A stretch of DNA of 64,000 bases, taken from positions 28,031-92,030 of the forward strand of contig CAZCXH010000002.1 of NCBI GenBank assembly GCA_964502525.1, in the 5' to 3' direction. The position numbers and the translations under genes were made by a program. Under the pieces are notes generated by a model, which saw only the letters and a list, made by a program, of their open reading frames with translations, did not search any database and was not told the origin of the DNA. Source of the stretch: an uncultured Chitinophagaceae bacterium. Lineage in GTDB: Bacteria > Bacteroidota > Bacteroidia > Chitinophagales > CAIOSU01. This document shows, piece after piece, positions 20,052 through 28,729 of the stretch; positions within the stretch are counted from its first letter, which is position 1; each line of letters starts with the position of its first letter.

Positions 20052-20851
20052 TGCGAATAATAGAAAAACTTTTCATCATCAAAATTGGCGGTAACATCCT
20101 TGACGATGAACAAAAACTTCATTCATTTTTAAAAAATCTGGTTCAAGTTCAGGGGAAGAAAATTCTGGTGCATGGCGGAGGAAAGCTCGCCACTTCATTG
20201 AGCGCCAAACTTGGCATTGAAGCAAAAATGCACAACGGCAGGCGTATCACCGACTTGGAAACGGTGCGCGTGGTAACGATGGTGTATGCAGGCTGGATTA
20301 ACAAGAGCATCGTTGCGGAATTAAATTCACTGGGTGCAAATGCCATCGGACTTTCAGGAGCAGACGCGCAGCTTATTCCCGCTGAAAAAAGACCAGTGCG
20401 CGATATTGACTATGGTTTTGCCGGAGATATTTTGCAGGAAAAAGTGAATGCAAAATTCCTGGCTGAACTCGTTGCAACCGGTTCACTTCCCGTTATCGCG
20501 CCCATCACGGCTGACAGCAAAGGTCAACTGCTCAACACCAATGCCGACACGATTGCCTCGGCTTTGGCGGTGGCGCTTGCTGACAAGTATGAAGTGAATT
20601 TGATTTATTGCTTCGAGAAAAAAGGCGTGCTCCTTGATGTCAATAAAGACGATTCTGTGATAAGCGCGATGGATGAAAAACGGTTTGCTGAATTAAAATC
20701 GCAAGGTATCATTGACAAGGGTATGCTCCCGAAACTGGATAACGCTTTCGCTGCGCTGGCTCAAGGCGTGGAGCGCGTACTGATTGGTCATGCAGATGAT
20801 ATAATTTCATTGACGGAAAACCAACATGAAGGAACGCTCCTCCACAAGTAA
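20048..20851 (+). CDS. argB: acetylglutamate kinase
   Basis: KIGGNIL, VHGGG, NTNADT and amino-acid kinase fold motifs are present. The ATG at 20051 shares one base with the toxin TGA stop. Confidence 0.9.
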   Translation: MMRIIEKLFIIKIGGNILDDEQKLHSFLKNLVQVQGKKILVHGGGKLATSLSAKLGIEAKMHNGRRITDLETVRVVTMVYAGWINKSIVAELNSLGANAIGLSGADAQLIPAEKRPVRDIDYGFAGDILQEKVNAKFLAELVATGSLPVIAPITADSKGQLLNTNADTIASALAVALADKYEVNLIYCFEKKGVLLDVNKDDSVISAMDEKRFAELKSQGIIDKGMLPKLDNAFAALAQGVERVLIGHADDIISLTENQHEGTLLHK

Positions 20852-21959
20852 TTCCGTTCGCACTCCCCTCTCCACCGGAGAGGGGACGGGGGTGAGGCTT
20901 CTTGCAGAAGAAGCAATCCGGTTGCTCAAACAACTAATTGCCATTCCCTCTTTCAGCCGGGAAGAATCAGGCACTGCTGATTTGTTACAAAACTTTTTAG
21001 AGCAAAAAGGAATTCTTGTCAATCGCAAAATGAATAATGTTTGGGTAAAAAATAAATTCTTCGATGAGAAGAAACCCACGCTGCTGCTGAACTCGCACCA
21101 TGATACGGTAAAACCCAATTCTGCTTACACGCTGAATCCGTTTGAGCCGGTGGAGAAAGACGGCAATCTCTATGGGCTTGGCAGTAATGACGCTGGCGGC
21201 TGTCTGGTGTCGCTGCTTGCTGTGTTCCTGCATTTTTATTTGAAGGAAGATCTCACGTTCAATATCATTTTCGCAGCAACAGCGGAGGAAGAAATTTCGG
21301 GAGTGAACGGCATTGAATCCATCTTCAGTGAGTTAGGAAATATTTCACTTGCCATTGTTGGCGAGCCGACTCAAATGAATCTCGCTATTGCCGAAAAAGG
21401 ACTGCTTGTGCTGGATTGCATCGCGCACGGGAAACCCGGTCATGCCGCCCGCGATGAAGGGGATAATGCGATTTACAAAGCGCTCCGCGACATTGAATGG
21501 TTCAGAACTTTTCAATTTCCAAAAACATCAGACTTGCTTGGTCCGGTGAAGATGAATGTAACCGTGATTAAAGCAGGCACACAACACAACGTTGTTCCCG
21601 GCATGTGCGAGTTTGTAGCGGATGTGCGGCTCAACGAAAAATACACGCACGAAGAAATCCTGAGCATCATTCAACAAAATGTGCAGTGTGAAGTGAAGCC
21701 GCGCTCCCTGCGTATTAAGCCTTCCTCAATTCCAAAAGAACATCCCATTGTGAAAGCCGCTGAAAGCCTCGGCATGAAAACTTTCGGCTCACCGACCACA
21801 TCCGATCAGGCATTAATGAATTTTCCCTCCGTAAAAATCGGTCCCGGAGATTCCGCACGCTCGCACAGCGCGGATGAGTTTATTTATGTGGAGGAGATAA
21901 AAAAAGGGATTGAGGTTTATATACGGTTGATTGGTGCAATTACAGATTCCATCGTTTAA
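20826..21959 (+). CDS. argE: acetylornithine deacetylase-like M20 metallopeptidase
   Basis: LIAIPSFSREE, LNSHHDTV, SNDAGG and ATAEEE metal-ligand motifs are present. The true start is probably the in-frame GTG at 20892, downstream of a CCCCTCTCC hairpin repeat. Confidence 0.85.
   Translation: MKERSSTSNSVRTPLSTGEGTGVRLLAEEAIRLLKQLIAIPSFSREESGTADLLQNFLEQKGILVNRKMNNVWVKNKFFDEKKPTLLLNSHHDTVKPNSAYTLNPFEPVEKDGNLYGLGSNDAGGCLVSLLAVFLHFYLKEDLTFNIIFAATAEEEISGVNGIESIFSELGNISLAIVGEPTQMNLAIAEKGLLVLDCIAHGKPGHAARDEGDNAIYKALRDIEWFRTFQFPKTSDLLGPVKMNVTVIKAGTQHNVVPGMCEFVADVRLNEKYTHEEILSIIQQNVQCEVKPRSLRIKPSSIPKEHPIVKAAESLGMKTFGSPTTSDQALMNFPSVKIGPGDSARSHSADEFIYVEEIKKGIEVYIRLIGAITDSIV
20865..20897 (+). repeat. 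CCCCTCTCC hairpin element between argB and the probable argE start
   Basis: CCCCTCTCC-ACC-GGAGAGGGG is followed by ACGGGGGTGAGG. Confidence 0.75.
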
Positions 21960-22491
21960 GAACTATCATCCCGACATCCGAAGCGGAAAAGAGTATGTTC
22001 TCGCACTCATGTTTGATATGAATCAGTTGTGGGAGGAATTTATTTTCAGGTCTTTGAAGAGGTGCGCTGCTGAAACTGAGTTTACAGTTCACGCGAAAAA
22101 ACGCCACAAATACTGGTTTCCGGATTCGGGATATGGCAAGCGTCTGGAACCTGATATTCTGATTACGAAAGGCTCGGACAATATCATCCTTGACACAAAA
22201 TGGAAAAATGTCGAGGAGAGCGGAGCTGTGGGCGAAGACGACCTCAGGCAATTGTTCGTTTACAATTTGTACTTCGATGCTTCAAAAGCATTTTTGGTTT
22301 ACCCGGGAAAAAAAGGAAATATTCAGCTTACGGAAGGACAGTTCAACCGAAACTCCCGCGAGGAAAAAACAATAACTTTTGACCACAGGCATTTAAACGG
22401 AGGCATCATGAATGTTGACATTTTAACTGACAGCAAGTTGGATAAACGGATTGGCGACAAAATCCTCCAAAGGTTTTATAAAGCTGGATGA
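21931..22491 (+). pseudogene. truncated McrC-like restriction-system subunit (C-terminal PD-(D/E)xK nuclease half only)
   Basis: MNQLWEEFIF...LEPDILI...IILDTKWK...LRQLFVYNLYF matches the McrC C-terminal nuclease region. The N-terminal half and mcrB are absent, and the ORF start overlaps the argE 3' end. Confidence 0.6.
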
Positions 22492-22522
22492 AATCACGCA
22501 GATGTAAATCGTATAATTAATT

Positions 22523-22530
22523 TAGCTTTG
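22523..22530 (+). promoter_or_regulatory. -7 box TAGCTTTG upstream of the HicB-like gene
   Basis: Exact TAnnTTTG match, with 5 nt before the ATG at 22536. Confidence 0.45.
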
Positions 22531-22535
22531 TTCAC

Positions 22536-22718
22536 ATGAATCACAAGCATATCAAAATTGTAATTGAAAAGCACACGGACGGATACGTTGCTTATCCGGT
22601 TGGATTAAAAGGAGTTGAGGTGGGAGAAGGAAATACTTATAAAGAAGCATGGGCAGATGTGCAATCTGCTATGAAATTCCATATCAAAACCTTTGACAAA
22701 GGAGTCTTGGATAACTAA
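22536..22718 (+). CDS. HicB-like (UPF0150) antitoxin-family protein, orphan
   Basis: 60 aa. IVIEKHTDGYVAYPVGLKGV.GEGNTYKEAWADVQSAMKFHI matches the short HicB pattern. I found no HicA-like ORF adjacent. Confidence 0.65.
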   Translation: MNHKHIKIVIEKHTDGYVAYPVGLKGVEVGEGNTYKEAWADVQSAMKFHIKTFDKGVLDN

Positions 22719-22727
22719 ATTGTAATT

Positions 22728-22934
22728 ATGGACCTCTCATCAAAAAAACTTGAACTCCTTGACTGGCTCATGCACATCAATGATGTGAAACTGCTGCGGC
22801 AAATTGAAAAATTGAAGCAAAAGCTAACACCATCCGTAAATGAGCAGGCCGTGTTCGGGAGGCTGAAGGGGAAGATAAAAATGTCTCCCGATTTCGATAC
22901 TCCTTTAAGCGAGTTTAAGGAATACATGGAATGA
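22728..22934 (+). CDS. antitoxin (DUF2281-like) of VapC-type PIN toxin
   Basis: The 68-aa ORF overlaps the PIN gene start by 4 nt. The C-terminal FGRLKGKIKMSPDFDTPLSEFKEY motif is typical of PIN-associated antitoxins. Confidence 0.6.
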   Translation: MDLSSKKLELLDWLMHINDVKLLRQIEKLKQKLTPSVNEQAVFGRLKGKIKMSPDFDTPLSEFKEYME

Positions 22935-23305
22935 ACCTGCTGCTTGATACCCAGGCATTCCTCTGGTTTGAAAGCGGAGATAAGCGCATAACCGCTACGG
23001 TAAAGCAGGCAATTACCGAACCCGTCAATGTCAAGTTTATCAGCATGGCCGTGTTTTGGGAGATTGCCATCAAAAATTCCCTCGGCAAACTTGAGTTGCA
23101 TATTCCTTTTGATGACCTGCTCATGCTGAATGGCTACACGCATCCTCACATCACCGGAAGCCATTTGAAAGCCGTGCGCGCCTTGCCTTATCATCACCGA
23201 GACCCTTTTGACCGGCTTCTTATTGCACAAGCGATGCAAGAGAGCTTCGCTATGATAAGCGCTGACAAGCAATTCGATTCGTATGGAATAAAAAGGATTT
23301 GGTAA
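22931..23305 (+). CDS. vapC: type II toxin, PIN domain (VapC family)
   Basis: LLLDTQAFLW (first acidic residue), FISMAVFWEIAIK and DPFDRLLIAQA are PIN signatures. Confidence 0.85.
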   Translation: MNLLLDTQAFLWFESGDKRITATVKQAITEPVNVKFISMAVFWEIAIKNSLGKLELHIPFDDLLMLNGYTHPHITGSHLKAVRALPYHHRDPFDRLLIAQAMQESFAMISADKQFDSYGIKRIW

Positions 23306-23323
23306 CCTGCACAGGTATTTAAA

Positions 23324-24637
23324 ATGAAACTCTGGCAAAAACCCAATTATAAAGAAACCGGCAAATCAAAGGTGGTCGAGCAATTTACCGTAGGTGATGA
23401 CCGCGAGTTGGATTTGGTGCTGGCTGAATTTGATGTCATCGGCTCAAAGGCTCATGCGGAGATGCTGAGCAAGGTTGGTATTCTCACAAAAGAAGAAAAC
23501 AAAAAACTTCAGAAAGCGCTGGATGAGATTTTGCAGGAAATCAAAAAGGGAAATTTCAAGATTGGCGACAGCGTTGAGGATGTTCATTCGCAAATAGAAT
23601 TTATGCTCACGGAAAGAGTGGGCGAAGCCGGAAAAAAAATTCACACAGGCCGTTCGCGCAATGACCAGGCGCTGCTCGACATCAAGTTATATATCCGGCA
23701 TGAGTTGAAAGAAATCAGGAAGTCCGTTGTGCAGCTTTTTGACAAGCTTCTTTCATTGAGCGAAGTGCATAAAAACAAACTTCTTCCCGGCTACACGCAC
23801 TTTCAACTTGCGATGCCTTCTTCGTTTGGGTTGTGGTTTGCCGCCTATGCCGAAAGCCTTGTTGACGATATGGAGTTAGTCGTTGCCGCCTACCACCTTG
23901 CCAATAAAAATCCACTTGGCTCAGGAGCAGGCTATGGCTCTGCATTTCCGCTCGACAGAAAACTCACAACCACATTGCTGGGGTTTGAAACCATGAACTA
24001 TAATTCCGTTTACGCGCAGATGACACGCGGAAAGACGGAGAAAGCGATGGCAACCGCAATTGCGGCAATTGCCGCAACGCTTTCGAGATTTGCTTATGAT
24101 GTTACGCTCTACATGAATCAGAACTTCGGGTTCATTTCATTTTCCGATGAACTCACCACCGGCAGCAGCATCATGCCGCATAAGAAAAACCCGGACGTGT
24201 TTGAATTGCTCCGCGCAAAATGCAATCGTCTGCAGGCTGTGCCGAATGAGTTGACGTTGCTCACGAACAATCTCCCTTCCGGCTATCACCGCGACCTGCA
24301 GCTCACGAAAAACATTTTGTTTCCGGCAATCAAAGAAATCAAAGAATGTCTGAGCGTTACTCTTTTTGCGCTGAATGACATTCGCGTGAAAGACAACATT
24401 CTCGATGATGCGAAATACAACGAGTTGTTCAGCGTAGAGGAAATCAATAATGAAATCATCAGAGGAACTCCGTTTCGTGATGCGTATAAAATTGTCGGCA
24501 GAAAAATTCAGGAAGGAAAATTCAAGCCGGAGAAAAAGCTGAAACACACGCACGAAGGCAGCATCGGGAATTTATGCACTCGTGAAATCAGGAGGTGGAT
24601 GGAAAAAATTACATTGAGAATAGTATACCATCGGTAA
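23324..24637 (+). CDS. argH: argininosuccinate lyase
   Basis: HTGRSRNDQ, GYTHFQLAMPS and the GSSIMPHKKNPD signature of the fumarate-lyase superfamily are present. Confidence 0.95.
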   Translation: MKLWQKPNYKETGKSKVVEQFTVGDDRELDLVLAEFDVIGSKAHAEMLSKVGILTKEENKKLQKALDEILQEIKKGNFKIGDSVEDVHSQIEFMLTERVGEAGKKIHTGRSRNDQALLDIKLYIRHELKEIRKSVVQLFDKLLSLSEVHKNKLLPGYTHFQLAMPSSFGLWFAAYAESLVDDMELVVAAYHLANKNPLGSGAGYGSAFPLDRKLTTTLLGFETMNYNSVYAQMTRGKTEKAMATAIAAIAATLSRFAYDVTLYMNQNFGFISFSDELTTGSSIMPHKKNPDVFELLRAKCNRLQAVPNELTLLTNNLPSGYHRDLQLTKNILFPAIKEIKECLSVTLFALNDIRVKDNILDDAKYNELFSVEEINNEIIRGTPFRDAYKIVGRKIQEGKFKPEKKLKHTHEGSIGNLCTREIRRWMEKITLRIVYHR

Positions 24638-24638
24638 T

Positions 24639-24720
24639 CAGGTTTTCGAACTTGCACTGAGTAGTCCCCGATGGTGTATCCCGATCACAGTTCGTTTTTT
24701 ACATTTGCTTCGGGATAAAC
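24639..24720 (+). repeat. about 85-nt intergenic repeat, copy B (after argH)
   Basis: CAGGTTTTCGAACTTGCACTGAGTAGTCCCCGATGGTGTATCCCGATCACAGTTCGTTTTTTACATTTGCTTCGGGATAA. Confidence 0.85.
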
Positions 24721-24793
24721 TGATAATTACCTGTTAGCAACCGGGTATATCACGCGAGTTCATGAAATCGAAGCTCCCTGAGAAAGTGCTGCG

Positions 24794-25189
24794 TTAATCA
24801 CCTTTTTCCACAGGATATCCCGCTTTCTCCCAATCGGGATAGCCGCCCTGCATTTCCATTATGCTCCTGAAGCCTGATTTTTTCATTTGTTCAGCGGCTT
24901 TGCTGGCGCGGCCTCCCACGGTGCAATAGACAAGGTATGTTTTGGATGTATCGAGCTTGCCAACTTCACCTGCGAAGTCTTTGCCGTTGTAGTCAACATT
25001 CACCGCGCCCGGCAGATGGCCGGCACTGTACTCGCCCGGTGAGCGCACGTCCAAAATGACCACGCCAGGTTCTTCCATCTTTTGCTTGAATTGTTCCGGG
25101 GCGAGTTTGGTTTGGCTGGTGCCGCTCTGGCAGGCAAACAGAAGGGCTGATAATGCAGGCAGCAGCAGGCGAAGAAAGCGCTTGTTCAT
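24794..25189 (-). CDS. rhodanese-like sulfurtransferase domain protein, exported (lipoprotein-type signal)
   Basis: A signal peptide ending LLFAC is followed by the rhodanese active-site loop YCTVGGRAS. Confidence 0.85.
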   Translation of the reverse strand: MNKRFLRLLLPALSALLFACQSGTSQTKLAPEQFKQKMEEPGVVILDVRSPGEYSAGHLPGAVNVDYNGKDFAGEVGKLDTSKTYLVYCTVGGRASKAAEQMKKSGFRSIMEMQGGYPDWEKAGYPVEKGD

Positions 25190-25200
25190 TGATTTTTTCT

Positions 25201-25208
25201 CAAAAATA
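25201..25208 (-). promoter_or_regulatory. -7 box TATTTTTG upstream of the rhodanese gene
   Basis: The reverse complement of CAAAAATA matches, with 11 nt before the ATG at 25189. Confidence 0.45.
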
Positions 25209-25232
25209 TGAATGTGCGGGCAAACTTGCCGG

Positions 25233-26417
25233 CTACTGCCTCCAGGAGTTCAAAAGTGAATCAGCATGTATCTGTTCGTTGAGGTCAAGGAGCGGGAACA
25301 TCCGCGCCACATACAGGGGCATTCTCCGCGCAAGGTCAGCCAAATCATCATGGGGAGGCTGCTCATACGTTAACGCTATCTGATCGAACATCTCTTTGAA
25401 CTGCGGAGTGAATTGTTGCTTCAATCGGTAGGGCGCCACAATCCTGAAGTATTTGCTGCTGTTTCCCCTTTCGGCCGAAATTATTTCCGAGGTGTCCAAG
25501 CCCCAGGCGGTAAACGGAATACATGGGGAATCGTGAATCAGCAGCTTATAGGTGCCGAAAGTTTCAACGCTCACTTCGCCAAGCGAATGTTCCCGGGCAA
25601 GTTGAAAATATTTTTGCATGTCGAGCCATTCACCATCATGCCGGTAACGGATTCCAAAGAAATTATCCACCGGGTACCACTTTTTGTTATGCGGGTTTTG
25701 AAGAATATTAATCATGTGCCCCACGGCTATGGTCGCAAACCGGGGCACTTCCTCCGGAATCTTTCGCTTTCGGTTCGGGCGCATCGAATAGCAATATGAT
25801 TTGATTCCAAAATGCTTGTAGAACAGCACCGCATAATAACCGTGAAAACCGCAGGCGCCCGCCACGCTGTCGCTGTTATTGACATTATACAGGTATTCAA
25901 GGTCTATATGCTTCAGGACGTATGTTTTGCCGATCACTCTGTCAATGTTGTTTTTGGTTACGTCACCCGTCCTGATATTCTGATAGAGCCACGTGCTTAA
26001 AACATTCACGCTGTCGAACCAGTCCTTGCTGCGGGATAATTCAGAATTGATGCTCTTCAGAACTTCATCCCATGCGCGCTTCCTTTTTATGTCAGTAAAC
26101 TCCGGCATGATGGTGCCTGCCGGGCAGCGCCACTCCGACTTTGGCTGAGGCGCAGGCCTCGCAGCTTCGTTCGCTTCATTGAATGGTTTCGCAACTGAAT
26201 CAATTTCAATCGCGTCCGTGTCAGGCGCAATGTATGTCTGGTTATAGGGCTGCATTTGTCCGCTAAGCGGCAACTCCTTCTTGCGCTCTTCCGGCAAGCT
26301 TTGTTTCTGATGTGTCAAACGCTTTGCAATAAAGAAGCTGAACAGCAAGAGCGCCAGCACCAAAATCAGCTTCTTTGCGCGTATTGACATTGGAGTAAAT
26401 TTAGATGTTTTAAGCAT
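25233..26417 (-). CDS. membrane-anchored protein with possible transglutaminase-like Cys-His-Asp core
   Basis: It has an N-terminal TM helix. GACGFHGYY, VGHMINIL and WYPVDNFF are spaced like a papain/transglutaminase-fold triad. The function call is weak. Confidence 0.5.
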   Translation of the reverse strand: MLKTSKFTPMSIRAKKLILVLALLLFSFFIAKRLTHQKQSLPEERKKELPLSGQMQPYNQTYIAPDTDAIEIDSVAKPFNEANEAARPAPQPKSEWRCPAGTIMPEFTDIKRKRAWDEVLKSINSELSRSKDWFDSVNVLSTWLYQNIRTGDVTKNNIDRVIGKTYVLKHIDLEYLYNVNNSDSVAGACGFHGYYAVLFYKHFGIKSYCYSMRPNRKRKIPEEVPRFATIAVGHMINILQNPHNKKWYPVDNFFGIRYRHDGEWLDMQKYFQLAREHSLGEVSVETFGTYKLLIHDSPCIPFTAWGLDTSEIISAERGNSSKYFRIVAPYRLKQQFTPQFKEMFDQIALTYEQPPHDDLADLARRMPLYVARMFPLLDLNEQIHADSLLNSWRQ

Positions 26418-26659
26418 TAAACCGGAATCTCATGCCGTCTGAAAAAATACCAGTCTGACGGCTTCCTCCTTCCATTTTCGTTATGAGCAATCATACGGGG
26501 AGCCGGAAAAATAATGAAGACACATATCTTCTTCGGATTCCGCAGGTAAACGCTGATAGTTTTCTTTCTGCGGAAAATCAGCGTAAGGCGTAAAAAGGTC
26601 AGCGAAATCGAGGGCAATCTCACCACGGTCAGCGAAGTCTGCCGGGAGTATCAGGTTAC

Positions 26660-26883
26660 CTGGACTGCGATATATTCAACGGCACGATCAGGAATTATTA
26701 TCTGAGCCGTTACTATCCACAAAGCTTTGAAGAGCTCAAACTGATGGTGAAGAAAGCGGGGATATGTACAACCTGCACAAGCCGCATGAATCCCTGAACC
26801 ATCTGAGTCCTGCGGCTTATGAAACCTTATCCGCCCCAAACAATGGTTTTCAAAAAAGAAAAAAAGTAGCAAAAAAGAAATAA
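26660..26883 (+). pseudogene. frameshifted C-terminal remnant of a DDE (rve-type, IS3-like) transposase
   Basis: Two frames read ...FNGTIRNYYLSRYYPQSFEELKLMVKKA / DMYNLHKPHESLNHLSPAAYE. This matches the conserved integrase-core C-terminus (YN..RPH.SL....P..YE). No upstream catalytic part remains. Confidence 0.55.
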
Positions 26884-26957
26884 TATGACGATGGTCATAA
26901 TGGTAAATAAATTAAATTAGGTTTGTCAACTCAAAAAACGGTCAGCGCTATTCAGGC

Positions 26958-27944
26958 ATGGACATTCGCTGTGCCGGAATCATAAAACCGAAAACTGAAA
27001 CAATGACTATCCTCGTCACCGACAACATTCACCTCTCTTTCTTCAAGGAGCTTGAAGAGGGCAAGTTCGATATTGACTATCGTCCGGAGATTGACCAGCA
27101 GGGAATTCTCGACATCATCCACGATTTTGACGGCATCGTCATTAACAGCAAGACCACTGCTGATAAGGCTCTTATTGACAAAGGGAAAAATCTGAAGTTC
27201 ATCGCCCGCATGGGTTCGGGAATGGAAATCGTGGATGTGGCGCATGCAAAACAAAAAGGTATCGCATGCATCAGTTCACCGGAAGGCAACCGCGATGCCG
27301 TTGCGGAACATGCCATCGGAATGCTGTTGTCGTTGTTCAACCACATTCACACTGCCGATGCGGAGGTGCGAAGCTCCCAATGGGAGCGCGAGAAGAACAG
27401 GGGCATGGAGATGGGCGGCAAGGTCGTTGGAATCTATGGTTATGGCAACACCGGCAGCGCACTCGCAAAGAGGCTGAGCTGCTTTGATGCGCAGGTGCTC
27501 GCGTACGACAAATACAAATCCAATTTCAGCGAAGGTCATGTGAAGCAAAGCACGCCTGAAGATATTTTTGACAAAGCTGACGTGCTAAGCCTCCATCTTC
27601 CGCTCACAGATGAAACAAGGTTTCTCGTTGATTATGCCTTTCTTGCCCGTTTCAAAAAACGCATTTGGCTCATCAACACCGCGAGAGGCGCCATCATCAG
27701 GACGGCTGACCTGCTCAAAGCAATCCGGGATGGGAAGGTGATGGGGGCTGCGCTCGATGTGCTCGAAAATGAAAAGTTCGATAACCTGACTGCTGAAGAC
27801 AAGCAATGGTTTGACGAACTGATTAAAGAACGCAGGGTGCTGCTGACGCCCCACATTGCAGGACTTACCAGGGAGTCAAAGGAAAAGATTGCGAGAATAC
27901 TTGCCACGAGAATAAAGGAATTGCGAAGCACGAATGACGAATGA
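26958..27944 (+). CDS. D-isomer-specific 2-hydroxyacid dehydrogenase (phosphoglycerate dehydrogenase-like)
   Basis: The NAD-binding motif GIYGYGNTG is present, with LINTARG and LLTPHIAG catalytic-region motifs. The likely true start is the Met at 27003. Confidence 0.85.
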   Translation: MDIRCAGIIKPKTETMTILVTDNIHLSFFKELEEGKFDIDYRPEIDQQGILDIIHDFDGIVINSKTTADKALIDKGKNLKFIARMGSGMEIVDVAHAKQKGIACISSPEGNRDAVAEHAIGMLLSLFNHIHTADAEVRSSQWEREKNRGMEMGGKVVGIYGYGNTGSALAKRLSCFDAQVLAYDKYKSNFSEGHVKQSTPEDIFDKADVLSLHLPLTDETRFLVDYAFLARFKKRIWLINTARGAIIRTADLLKAIRDGKVMGAALDVLENEKFDNLTAEDKQWFDELIKERRVLLTPHIAGLTRESKEKIARILATRIKELRSTNDE

Positions 27945-28022
27945 CGAATTGAGAACAAGGCTTCATCAATTACGAATGCAATTCAACTAATTCATGAATT
28001 CATAATTCGTCATTCGAAATCG
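27929..28022. repeat. tandem-word hairpin (ACGAATG words) overlapping the dehydrogenase stop codon
   Basis: The left arm CACGAATGACGAATGACGAATTGAG pairs with the right arm ...CATAATTCGTCATTCGAAATCG. Confidence 0.75.
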
Positions 28023-28051
28023 TATTTTAGCCGTTCATTAAAGAAGATTCA

Positions 28052-28729
28052 TTGCAACTCATTCTGTATTTCTTCTGGGTCCTGGCGCTGCTCAACATTG
28101 CGGGTGAATGGATGGAATACCAGCCGCTGGAATATGCCACCAAGCCGCTGCTGATGATTGCGCTTGGACTTTGGTATTTCCGGGCTACGGCAGGCAAACG
28201 CACCGCCACGCAAAAACTGATACTTATTGCCCTGGCATTTTCATGGGCGGGTGATATGTTCCTGATGGGAAGCACGGAGATTTTCTTCCTGCCCGGGCTG
28301 GTATCATTCCTCATCACCCACGTTCTTTATATCATCGGGTTTCGAAAAGAGATCAGTTTGGTTCAGGGATCAACGCTTCTGAAACGGCAGCCGCTGATTG
28401 CAATACCGGTGGTGCTTTTAACAGGAGGACTAATCGTACTCGTGTTCAACCGCATGGAGCCTGCCATGAAAATCCCGGTGGTCGTGTATGCCACAGTCAT
28501 AACCTTGATGGTGCTGACAGCCATGAACAGGTGCGGCAGGGTTTCGGCAAACAGTTTCCGCCTGGTGTTTGCCGGAGCGTTCCTATTCATGCTCTCTGAC
28601 AGCCTTATCGCGCTCAATAAATTCTATTTCAGCGATGCGATGTGGAAAGCCGGCTTTTTCATCATGCTGCTGTATATTGCAGGACAATTTATGATTGCGA
28701 AAGGAACCGCTAAAACCGATCTGACATGA
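28052..28729 (+). CDS. YhhN / lysoplasmalogenase family membrane protein
   Basis: It has about 8 TM helices, and FSWAGDMFLM and FMLSDSLIAL are YhhN-type motifs. Confidence 0.75.
   Translation: MQLILYFFWVLALLNIAGEWMEYQPLEYATKPLLMIALGLWYFRATAGKRTATQKLILIALAFSWAGDMFLMGSTEIFFLPGLVSFLITHVLYIIGFRKEISLVQGSTLLKRQPLIAIPVVLLTGGLIVLVFNRMEPAMKIPVVVYATVITLMVLTAMNRCGRVSANSFRLVFAGAFLFMLSDSLIALNKFYFSDAMWKAGFFIMLLYIAGQFMIAKGTAKTDLT

Noticed and set aside
22491-22536. Search for a HicA toxin partner next to the HicB-like gene.
   Set aside because: The flanking gaps are too short (45 nt upstream, 9 nt downstream) and the neighbouring ORFs belong to other families, so it is treated as an orphan antitoxin-family gene.
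22715-23338. A 207-aa minus-strand ORF covers the DUF2281-like/PIN pair.
   Set aside because: The plus strand encodes two ORFs with typical TA architecture (4-nt overlap, PIN motifs). The minus-strand product has no motifs.
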